A stretch of 51,553 nucleotides of DNA from Chromera velia (Eukaryota): assembly GCA_018398765.1 (NCBI GenBank), contig JAHBMJ010000291.1:1-51553 (forward strand), in the 5' to 3' direction. Position 1 is the stretch's first letter, and each line of letters begins with the position of its first letter. Positions 37,685 through 51,553 of the stretch are shown piece by piece. The position numbers and the translations under genes are program-made. The notes under the pieces are model-generated. The model worked only from the letters and a program-made list of their open reading frames with translations. It was not told where the DNA came from and ran no database searches.

Positions 37685-38845
37685 GAGGGGCAGAGGGGAG
37701 GGAGGGAGGGGAAGAGAGAGAGAGAGAGAGACAGAGAGAGAGACAGAGACAGAGAAAGAGAGGGAAAGAAAGAGCAGCATTTGCTTAGTACCCGCTTTTG
37801 TAGTAGGGCACTCTCCCCGACAGATGGTTCCTTTCTCGGTTTGTCCATCATGTGCATGCAGGTTGCCTGCAGCATGCAAAGTAATCCAGAAGCAAATGGA
37901 AAAAAATGAAGAAACGGAGAAGAAATTTAGAAGGATCCAAATCGATCTTAGAGGGAAAAGAGAAAGAAAATGTAGAGAGGCAGAACAACAGTCAGCAGCA
38001 TGAAACATGAAGACCAACAGTTAAAGACAGACCCTACCACCATAGCCAAGGGCAACCGAAGAGCACCACCCAAAGGGGTAGAAAATCAGCGATCTTACTT
38101 TTCACTCAACTGGTCCTGTCTTTATTAAAAACAGGTTTGCTAAGGAGGCACACTGCAAAACGGTCTATTTCTGCCAACCCGCAAGAAGTTCTCTGTTCAA
38201 CTTGTCAGTCGTTTCAGGCCTCTTGTCTGACACGTTTGACTGCCCAATCTCTTTTTTCTATGCATTGCTCTGACGGGATCCAAGCCAGAATCCTGATGCT
38301 TACATCCTCACAGACAATGCAATACATTACAAAGAAACAAATGCACACAACAATTGACCGACCTCTTTAAGGCTTGTGATTCCTTGGAGCACGACACTCT
38401 TCTCCTTTTGCTTCATGTTCTGGATGCCCATCCGCTTCTTCGCCAGCTCCCAATAGAGTGCCGCAACCTTCATGTCCAAAATGTCCAGAGTTTCATCGCT
38501 GTAGCACTCCCAAAGGATGAAGAAGCGTCGGAGCTGCGTCTTCGAGATATCCTCGCCGATCCTCGTCACAGAGTGGAAGTATTTGGCAACCATGTTGAGG
38601 TCGGTCTTATCGAGGTCAACGTTGTTCAGCTTGGCTGCGGCCATGCACATATACCTCCATCTGGCCCTCAGTGTCCGGCTGAGTGGAGGCATCTCCAGGC
38701 TCCTTTGGATCTTCTCTCCTGTAAAGAACAATCAAAAGAGAGGGAGAAATGAATGAGTCCTTCATATCATGTATACAGTGACTGTCTGCCTCAGCGATAA
38801 AAAAAAACAGGTCACACCCAGGTCTCGGTATTGTTAGAGACTCTG

Positions 38846-39061
38846 CGGTGCCGACGGCTCTGCAACAATACTGCACCAGCCGGTTTCATATTGTTGGAGG
38901 GGGGTCAAAAAATGGAAATTTCCAAAAGCCCACATATAAAACATCGCTTCCGATAACCAAACCGAGCGATCCCCCACCTCAACAAAAAAGTGAAATTTTG
39001 ACCCCCCCCCCAACAATATCGAACCGGCCGGTTTGGTATTGTTGGGAAGTCGTCGGCACCG
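38846..39061. repeat. Imperfect ~216-bp palindrome (MITE-like or hairpin) in cargo intron 1
   Basis: The left arm cggtgccgacg..caacaata..ccggtt..atattgttggagggggtcaaaa pairs with ttttgaccccccccccaacaatat..aaccgg..tattgttg..cgtcggcaccg. Confidence 0.7.
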
Positions 39062-39235
39062 TTAATTGCCACAACAATAAGCGATACAAGTGTTGTTTGA
39101 AAAGCAAAAACCAAAAGCAATATGAAACCACCCATCCGCAATGCATTCCGAAGCCATCGCGCACCTCCTGAGAAAATTTTTTTTTTTTGACCCCCGCCCT
39201 CCCCAGCCCCAGCTGCCTAACACCCCCAGCCCCCC

Positions 39236-39346
39236 TCCGCCGTCTCCGCCATCTCCGCCGTCTCCGCTGTCTCCGCCGTCTCCGCCGTCTCCGCCGTCTC
39301 TGCCGTCTCCGCCGTTTCCGCCGTCTCCACCGTCTCCGCCGTCTCC
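39236..39346. repeat. 9-bp tandem repeat (CCGTCTCCG)n, about 12 copies
   Basis: Seen directly; it produces spurious (SPP)n/(GDG)n ORFs. Confidence 0.85.
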
Positions 39347-40473
39347 GTATACTAACCCGCCCCCTCGATCTCTCTGCGTCTTGTTCCCCACACGCCCACC
39401 CCCTCACCGTCCCCCCCCCCACACACCCCCACACACATCCCGCTCTCCTCCCAGGGCCTCATGCTCCTCCACTCTGATCCCTTCCTTCTGTTTCCTCTCT
39501 TTCTTTCTCCCGATGTGAGACAGACTTAGTCTCTTTTCACCCTGTCCATACTTCCCTGCAAATTGAGAGAGCCTTTCACCACTCTGGCATGCCTAGCTGG
39601 CACCGTGACGCACACATTGTCAATCAATCATTCAAAGTATCAACCCATTTGTCTGTCCCCTCAGGCACTCACCTTCAAGAATGGCGACCGCCGCCGCCCG
39701 CTCCTTGATGTTTGGAAAGAACATCACTGGGTAGGCTTGCAGCTGCTGGAGCTCTTTGTCTGTCAAGTCCTTGTGGGGCAGCTCGTGCAAGTGCGCGGTG
39801 ATGAGGAAAATGTGTGACATCACTACTGCCGCTCCATCGATGAACTGAAATTCCTTAGTTCCCGCCGGGATGTATACCCACGGCCGTGCATCCTCATCCC
39901 ACTCGCCAGACCGAATGTTCACCAGGGCTGACACGACCTTCGAGGGAGAGAGTTCATCCCTGCACAGGTGTGGATTCAAAAGGAAAAGAGGAAGAGACAC
40001 GGGGTGACGTTCTTTGCTCTCGCCGCTGCCTGGCCCAGCTGCAGAGGGATGGTGGGTTTTGACATATTCTGCCGCGTTCTTCTCGCAGACAGCTTCAGGA
40101 ACCAGCTTCTTCTCCATCATAAACGTCTTTATGTCCTCATGTCTTACTCTGACAAACGGAGTCTCAACAAATGAATCTTCAAGCCACGTGCAGACTCTCT
40201 TTCCCGCAGGGCCGAATTGTTCAGCCTTGAGGCCGTCTGCCTCACTCATCGCAAGCCAAAAGAAAACTGCAACAAGACCACAGAGATGACACGGCAGACT
40301 GTGCAGGTCAGCAACGATCAGGCCAGGCTTGAGGAACAGCTAAATGACTGTATGTCAGTCCGGAAGACAAGAAGCCGAGGAAACGAAGGGATGAAAAGCA
40401 CTCACTGACAGTCTGGGGATTGCGAGACGGATGGACGCCGAGAGTTGAAAAACGTTTGCACGCGTGTGCGTGT

Positions 40474-40541
40474 CCCGGAAAGAACTGTGATGCTTGCCCC
40501 GGAAAGAACTGCGATGCTGCCCCCGGAAAGAGTGGTGATGG
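40474..40541. repeat. Three ~24-bp direct repeats (CCCGGAAAGAACTGYGATGC core) between the divergent cargo and transposase genes
   Basis: cccggaaagaactgtgatgc / cccggaaagaactgcgatgc / cccggaaagagtggtgatgg. Confidence 0.7.
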
Positions 40542-40777
40542 CCCAGCCCGCATCTGCCAACACTTCAGAGACTCAGTCGGCGCCGGAGACGGCAACTTGC
40601 ATGAAGCCAACTTGAAGCCTCTTGGTCTTTGAAGCAAAGGTCACTGTGACAGTGTGACTACAAGTCACTGAAGTCATGTTGATTGAGAAGTGTACGACGC
40701 TTTGCAGACGTGAGTTTCATTTTTGAATCCCGTTTTTCCAGAGTCGTTTGGCTGCGTCTTTCCATGCCGGCTGAGCA

Positions 40778-44485
<3,708 letters not shown>

Positions 44486-44802
44486 ACCGGAAATAAGGTG
44501 TACACTTAGGCTAAGTCCATGGTAGGCTCACATGCACTCACAAGCAAGCACACTCTCAAATTCTAGTTATGATCTCATATTTACTGAGAAGCTTTAGTAT
44601 TTTAGTTCTACATTTAGGTTTACTAATAAAAAAAGATTAAAAGCATATTAGAAATTTAATTATTGACAATTAATGAACCAACAAAAACTGAGTTACATTC
44701 TAGTATATGTGTAATTTAATTTTTAAAAAATCTAGAATAATAATACTAATTATATAAAGGTCAGACTTCAGCATAAAGGTCCAGTTTCAAGCATAGGGAC
44801 TT

Positions 44803-46828
44803 CTGTAGGTTTCAACGTTCTTTCTGTCATCCTGGAAGCCTTTACACACCAATCTGGCCTTGGGGACTCTCTCTCCACCTTTCATCTTCCAGGTTAAAAC
44901 CCACCGCGTCTTCATCACCCGTCTCCTTGCAGGTACTCGCACACCCCCCACCTTGAGGACCTCATTTCTCTGAAAACTCTTCAGTTCCTCTCTCATGGCT
45001 CCATCGTGACTTCCATTTCTCACTTCCTCTTCCGTTGCCATGACATGTCTTTTTTAGGGATTCACATGTGCCATCATGACGTCAATGATTTTCTTATCAA
45101 CCGATAGACGCGTGACTCTCTTTTCCTTTTCCTTCTTTTCCTTCTCCCTCTTCCTCCCATCGTCCTATGCCTCTTGCACTCCCTCATCTTCCTGTGCTAC
45201 CTGCACTCCCTTCTCTTCTCTGCTGCTGGTTGGCCCACTCTCGTGAGCAAGCAGGCCGGCTGCAGCGGTTCCGCTATCAGACTTCAGAAGATTTGCCCCA
45301 AAGAGAGAGTCATCATCAGGGATGTCTGGCAGAACAATCTCTTCCTCCCTCTCTGTCTCTTCAGACTCAGCAGCTGGTGCAGCGTCCCACCCCGACTGCT
45401 TTGCCTCTTCCCACTCACTCTCTACCCCCTGCTGCTGGGCTCGTGCTTCCAGTTGGCCGGCTGGAAGACGTGAACCTGCAGCACCCTGAGAGGGAAGAGA
45501 AAACGGTGCAGAAACACTTGCTGGCTGACTTCCCACGACGTCCTCCAACTGACGGACAGCCGCAGCGGAAATACCATCGAAGAAATTGCCTGCACACGAG
45601 AAGAAGAGAGGACAACAACAGGGTCAGCACCCCCTATCGCATTGGCATCGACCTCTCCATCATCATTGAAAGAGAAGTCGGAAAAACGATCCATATCATC
45701 GGCAGGTGCAGCTGCCGCACCCCCGAACTCTGCAAGGTCAGGGGAAACATTCATCCCATACCATTCAATCAAAGAAACACCACTTGGATACACACGCAAA
45801 GGCTTCCATCCACGTCTATTCTCTGTCTTCACAATCACCATCACGCAAGACTCACTCTCAACACCACAAAAAATTCCTTCCTTCCCATACACAGGCAAGC
45901 CAGACGAAGGGAGGGGACGAGAGTCAGTCACCACAACACGATCTCCAACAGAGATTGGAGAAATAGAACGGGCAGCCTCAGAACCAAACATAAAAGAGTC
46001 AGGTGACATACCAGTCGCACTGCACACACACTCATTCAATGCATCGATCACACCATTGAAGAGCCATTTGCCACAGTAACGAGGCAGATCCAAGTCAGAG
46101 AGCAACTTTCAAAGGAGACGCTTGATCGTACGATTCATTCTTTCTGCTTTCCCTTGCGGCTGTGGTGTATACACAGGGCCTCTCTGATGAACGATGGTCT
46201 CCTGGTCACACACATACTCATACTGGCCTTTCTTTTTCCCAATGAATTCTTTTCTGTTATCTGTGCAGACAATCTGGGGCTTTGCTTTTATTTTCAATTT
46301 CTCGGCCAGTCTCTCCCACTTCCGACACCAAGCAGTCAGATGACGGGCAGCCTTTCCTTTCAAGGGAAGAATCATTCCAGACATACGGCCAGACGCAGAA
46401 TCGACAATCACAGAGGCAGGCTTACCACCAGGCAAGAAAAACACATCATGAATGATGCGATCATTGAATTTTTCCTTTGCCATGCCTTCTTTGCTCTTCT
46501 GAGGGATTCTCTTCATGAGTGCATTCACCTCTCTGCATCGACGGCACACGTGTCTAATCTCATCACACGCTTTCGTACTTACACGAGAAGCTAGACCTTT
46601 CTCCTTCAAAGTCGCATACAGACGAGTGCCAGTAGAGTGCCCAAAACGCTTGTGCCACATCAAAACTTCTCGCAAACTCATCTGACCTGAAGAAAGGAAC
46701 TGAAGGCGCCACGATCTCTGCGATCCCAGCTGGTGTGGCGGGCGCTCCCGCTGTTCTCCCTCCTTCAAACTATCTTTCTGCAAAGAGGACGAGCCCCCAT
46801 GCAATGCAGACACATCAGTCTGACACAC
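44803..46828 (-). pseudogene. pol: Copia pol 5' part: GAG-pre-integrase, integrase, linker, start of RT (stops and frameshifts)
   Basis: WHKRFGH..CRRC zinc motif, IIHDV, VCTDNRKEF, YTPQPQGKAERMNRTIK; RT start AMREELKSF..RWVLTWK..KARLVCKGFQ. TGA at 46109-46111. Confidence 0.92.
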
Positions 46829-46832
46829 TGAT

Positions 46833-47046
46833 TGATAAAGATTCCGTCATACTTTCAGGTTCATAGGAGAGGCCGCCTGTCTTGGCTTTAGCTAGAGATA
46901 TACGCTACGATAGATCGATCAGTTTCTGCATGCATTGCTATGCATTGCTACATTGCAACTCTGCATCTCTGTGCATCACGCCTCTCTATGCGCGCGCGGC
47001 CTACTGCCAACGGCCCCGGAAAGCGGCCCAGGGAGAAATCCCAACA
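46833..47046 (-). repeat. Copia 5' LTR
   Basis: Same 214-bp unit, followed by the TSD TAAAA. Confidence 0.95.
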
Positions 47047-47169
47047 TAAAACATCAAATTTGCATACATATACAGGTACGTTGCGATTATACAAGCTATA
47101 GTATATATATAAGCATATATAAGCATACAAAAAGTTGATAAAAAAAAAATGTTAGCTGAACTAACATTT

Positions 47170-50100
47170 TGCTTTGTCCCTCCTGTCCGGCCACCTTATG
47201 GCGTCCAGACAGAAGGTAAAGCGAGGACAAGAACCTTAGAGAAACTCTAGAGAAGGAACGTGAGCAACACTTATTCAGGCAACAGTTTACAGAAGGTTTA
47301 GCTCTAGAGCTATCTGGGATTCCAATCAGCTAGGTTCATTCTATCATTGCACAATCTCTACTTATGCTCCTCTCTGTTCCTCTCTCTCAGAGTCTCAGAC
47401 TCCCGATCTATGCCAAACAGACATCAGACTTAAATGATGCTATCCGTTGCTTGAGTAACATGTTGCATGCTTGAATACGAAGGTCAGACTCGATCGATTT
47501 CAACAATTTTGATCGACGCGCACGATATATACGAAATAAAGCGCGGCGGCGGAGCCTGGCGTCGGCATGCGGGCTCATTCAGATACAGCGCATGCGAGGG
47601 CCCAGAGGGCGGCGCCACAGGGTAGGACTCCACAGATCCCCCCCGGCTACAGACAAGAAAATCGCGTCCCCGCGATCAGGCAGACACATTCGAGCATGCG
47701 CGGAAAGGGAAAAAAGGTGAGCAAAAGAACACGATCAACCACACATAATGCAAACCCACACAACCAATAGAATATTTCAAACCATGTAGTCGAAAAAATG
47801 AAATCTCGAACGTCCTCATACCATGACAGATGTAAGGAAGAACAAATCAAGACAACAGATATCAACGAACAAACGGCCGTGAACGGCAGCCGGTCAGACC
47901 TATCGGAAGGAGACGCCTGGTGGTACACCGTCTGGCTCTACGCAGATGCTCGCATAGAGACGGCTAGCTCCACTAAGGCCCCCATCAACTCCCGTGCTGC
48001 GAGGGGGAGAGGCGATACCCAGAGAACCCAGAGGGCCTCCAAAGCACCGGCATCCCCCTGCAGGGAGAGGATGTAGAATGGACACAGAGACATGCACGGG
48101 CTGTCCCCTCGCTTTTTCTTCTTTTCTCGTTGAACTAGACATCTCTTTAAAGATTTCTTCTCCTTTTGCTCCTCCTCTACTCATTTTCTCTCCGCCTCTT
48201 CCAGTCTCTTTTTCTTAAATTAAAAAGGAAGCCAGAGATAACCCAAAACGTTTCAAAGCAGCAGAAGGAAGTGAGAAGGAGACAGTGAATGAAAGCGCCC
48301 CCTCGTGTGCTCGTGCTCTCAGCCACATGAGGGGTCTGACTCCCAAGCCACACACAAAGAAGAGAAGCCGAGAGAGAAGAAAGGTCACTCTTCCAAAAGG
48401 AGCTCCAGAAGGTCCAAATGCGCGGCACATGCGGCGCTCGGCTTGTTGCTCTCGCAGTCCGCCTCTTTGATGCTCAGCTTTGCAATGAGCTCACTCCCCC
48501 CCCAAGTTCAGTGCAGGGGCGCAAGGGCGGTCACAGGCAGTCGCGGGCATGCGTGGGCATAAGCATATGGAGGTGACAATCAGGCACTGCCAGTCCTCTG
48601 CCCGCATTTTATATGCAGCTGACGTAGGGGTAGGCGATCGACTTCGAGTTCTCGTTGATAGAAGGGCTTGGCCGTCTCGTCGAGCATAAATACATTTTGC
48701 GCGTGTCAGCGGCTACATAAAGGGAGGGAGGGAAGCGACCAGACACATTGCAGACTGCTCCGCTGGTTTCTTTCTATCTCGTCTCTTCTTTCTATCTCAT
48801 TTTATCCCTTTGCTGCTCTTTTTGACACATGAACTCTCAACTTCAGATAAAAGATGCTCCAGTCACACTCAGTCGCTAGTACTTCGCATACTCTCGGCCA
48901 GCCTTGATTCGATTCGCCCCCCCCACCCCGAAGCAAACCCCCCTCCCCCTCTTTCCCCCCCTTTCCCTCCCTCTCCCCCCTTCCCCATTGTCCCCCCTTC
49001 TCCCCCTTCCCCCATGACCCGCTTTGCCCTTCCCAATCCCTGTTAAAAATTTTGCCAGCGCCGGCAAGAGATGAGGCGGCAGCTGCCGTATGCCCTACTC
49101 TGTCTCTCAGTAGGTCTGCCGCGACCCTTCTGCCTCTCTTGCCGTCGAGGGCAGGCTCGATATCATTTTGTACCCCTTCCTTACTTCCCCTTCCTTCCTA
49201 CTCCAGGCTCGCCGTATCGGGATCCCAGAGCAGAAGGCCTTCCCCAGCTAGCACACCGGCCGTCACTGCGTTGTTCCATGTGGAACGCCGCCACCTGTCT
49301 CTTCTGTCTGTTTAACATGCATGCAGAGTCTCGCGCACCTGATCGAACCGCCACTCATTAAATGATCTACGCAATAGCCAGACAGCCAGAAACGATAAGC
49401 TCTCTCTCGGAAGAAAACGGCAGCATTGCAGACACATGGAGAGGCAAAAGGCGTCTTCTTATGTTTGAATGCTGTCGGAGGACCAGTCCAGACAGACCTA
49501 GACACGCTGGAGGTGTTTGCAAGCCACAAAGGTGGTCGGCCTCTTGCAGACAAGCAAGCAACCAACAGCAAAGACAAGTGAAGGTGATCAACCGACACCC
49601 ATCTGGAAGACGGAGACAGTTACAGAATCAAAAGGCATAAGACAAGCACTCTACTGGCCGTTTAAATTGTGATCTGCTTGTAGGCGGCGGTCTCAATGAA
49701 GTCAAGCTCCTCAAAAGTCCGAGCAACACCAAGCAACATCTCCACCATCGGTTTTGGCGACCTCCAACGTCTTCGGGCTCTCCACCCAAGGACAAAGGCA
49801 AAGTCTAGGATCAGACTCAAAAGAGATCTCCAAAAGAGGATTCCAGACAGCTTGGGACGCAAGGGGATGTTGAATTCCCCTACTTACGGTCTTTGCCTGA
49901 CCGTGCCCGTATCGTTGTAATCGGCTTTCAACTGTTGCGCAAAAAGAAGATCTGATCTCTATCACAGAAGGAAAACGAGAGTTGACACTCATCGAGCTGA
50001 GCGGTCACCATAATGCTTCGTCCCTCCTGTCCGGCCACCTTATGGCGTCCAGACAGAAGATAAAGCGAGGACAAGAACCTTAGGGAAACTCTAGAGAAGG

Positions 50101-50486
50101 AACGTGAGCAACACTTATTCAGGCAACAGTTTACAGAAGGTTTAGCTCTAGAGCTATCTAGGATTCCAATCAGCTAGGTTTATTCTATCATTGCACAATC
50201 TTCACTTATGCTCCTCTCTGTTCTTCTCTCTCAGAGTCTCAGACTCCCGATCTATGCCAAACAGACATCAGACTCAAACGATGCTATCCGTTGCTTAAGT
50301 AACATGTTGCATGCTTAAATACGAAGGTCAGACTCGATCGATTTCAACAATTTTGATCGACGCGCGCGATATATACGAAACAAAGCATCGGCATGCGGCA
50401 TGCGGGCCTGGCGTCGGCATGCGGGCTCATTCAGATACAGCGCATGCGAGGGTCCAGAGGGCGGCGCCACAGGGTAGGACTTCACA
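47170..50486 (-). mobile_element. Non-autonomous LTR retroelement (~3.3 kb)
   Basis: TG...CA direct repeats 47170-47634 and 50014-50486. ATTT flanks both sides (47166-47169, 50487-50490). On the minus strand a PBS-like TGGTGACCGCTCAG follows the 5' LTR and a G-run PPT (GGGGGGGA) precedes the 3' LTR. No recognisable pol. Confidence 0.82.
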
Positions 50487-50863
50487 ATTTTTTTGAGACT
50501 TAAAGTCTGATCAAGTTTACTCAGCGGCTAATAATATGTTGAATGAGGTCTGAGGCTCCTAGATTGACGTATTAATTAGTTTGATATATAATTGATTTAC
50601 GTAATTTACCTTGGCGCTTAATTTATGCACTAGTTCATGCATGGATGCACATATTTTTCTCAGAAAACAAAAAAAGATTGATAGAGCAATCAAGGCAATT
50701 TGAATCCAGATTGAAGAAACATATATAGTGCGACGGCATCAAATAATATGAAATGACTACGTACTTTATGCAATGATAGTCTGTTCTTTTTGCGCCCTGC
50801 AAAGTTTGCACACCAGTCATACACCAAAGTGGTTCAAGGTGGATACGCGGACGAGAGAGAGAC

Positions 50864-50901
<38 letters not shown>

Positions 50902-50906
50902 TGTGA

Positions 50907-50939
<33 letters not shown>

Positions 50940-51553
50940 TCACAAGGCATAGGAGATGTCAGGGCTCCACTGAAATCCTGTGGGACCAGAGTACCAAACC
51001 CCGTCCTGGTTGAAGGGGTTGGGGCCCTCGATGTCGAGAGTCAAGTCATCTTGGAGACCCGGAATTGCATTTGTGGTCGGGCCCACGGGAAACGTTCCCT
51101 TGACGGTGGTACGGTGAAGGATTCTGAGGTCGGGTCTGTGTGACTCAGGGAGGGAGCATTTCGATGTCGCTCGTGTGTGAGCAGAGGCGTCTGCTTTGTG
51201 GGAGACTGCTAGATTGTCCGTGATCAGAAAATCTCCCGTCTTCCAATTGAACTTTGTCGAGACGTCAGGATGTGATACAAGCTCGATGTAACGCTTGCAC
51301 ACGGCAGTTAGCTCCTCCTTTGTGAGCAGTCTCATGTTGCTTGTGTCTAAAATGGCCCCCAAGACAATGAGGTACAGGAAGAGATGTTTCCTTCCGGTCA
51401 TCGGGTGTGTGAACACGAGGGGGTGCACCACTCCTCTTCTGTTAGTAATGAACACCAAATTCTCCCATCTGATCTTTTCTTCCTCTGTCAGAAGGTCGTA
51501 GGCCTTTGAGGTTAAGGCAAAGTGCGTACCCCCCCCGAAGGTTTTTGAAGGAG
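50940..51553 (-). CDS. TauD/TfdA-family 2OG-Fe(II) dioxygenase, C-terminal part (open at the window end)
   Basis: GGTHFA..AYDLL..VVHPLVFTHPMTGRKHLFL..FNWKTGDFLITDNLAVSHKA..RILHRTTVKG. Confidence 0.88.
   Translation of the reverse strand, partial: PSKTFGGGTHFALTSKAYDLLTEEEKIRWENLVFITNRRGVVHPLVFTHPMTGRKHLFLYLIVLGAILDTSNMRLLTKEELTAVCKRYIELVSHPDVSTKFNWKTGDFLITDNLAVSHKADASAHTRATSKCSLPESHRPDLRILHRTTVKGTFPVGPTTNAIPGLQDDLTLDIEGPNPFNQDGVWYSGPTGFQWSPDISYAL

Larger units (their letters stand above)
33248..40249 (-). pseudogene. Transposon cargo gene: ParB-like N-terminal domain + helical/coiled region + degenerate beta-class N6A/N4C DNA-MTase-like fold + K/E-rich linker + DOT1-like SAM-dependent MTase
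   Basis: Mostly phase-compatible exons 40249-39673, 38718-38363, ~37866-37792, ~37377-36574, ~36492-36423, 36342-36271, ~36071-35478, ~34744-33248. In-frame stops at 36967, 35559, 34436, 34013 and 33866, without frameshift. Motifs are given in the findings. Confidence 0.6.

Noticed and set aside
38979..39518. Extensin-like (SPP)n, Arg-rich and Gly-Asp ORFs
   Set aside because: All arise from one 9-bp tandem repeat inside an intron whose flanking exons join in phase.
40474..40541. CRISPR-like array
   Set aside because: Only three abutting degenerate repeats without unique spacers, no cas genes, eukaryotic context.
45167..46594. Plus-strand ORFs of 145-279 aa
   Set aside because: Antisense to Copia integrase/linker.

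Overview
Eukaryotic genomic DNA with GT-AG introns full of (CT)n/(GT)n microsatellites; the style suggests an alveolate such as a chromerid, which is an inference. The left half holds host genes: a membrane-protein gene, a ~20-exon ankyrin-repeat gene, two tandem copies of a putative secretory glycosyltransferase-like gene, and two intronless, divergent 2OG-Fe(II) oxygenases ending in -VEEL. A TauD-like dioxygenase lies at the far right. Three LTR elements, all on the minus strand, have complete boundaries: two non-autonomous elements (12106-14151, 47170-50486) and a gag-less Copia (31250-47046, TSD TAAAA). The most striking feature is a ~12 kb Sola-like DNA transposon (32840-44802, ~50 bp TIRs, 4 bp TSD CTGT) nested in the Copia RT. 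Besides its DDD transposase it carries a divergently transcribed, intron-containing cargo gene that reads as ParB-like N-terminus + helical region + degenerate beta-class DNA amino-methyltransferase fold + Lys/Glu-rich linker + DOT1-like SAM methyltransferase. This is a candidate transposon-borne chromatin/DNA-modifying system. This copy is decayed by in-frame stops. All domain calls are by-eye motif recognition and need HMM or structure confirmation.
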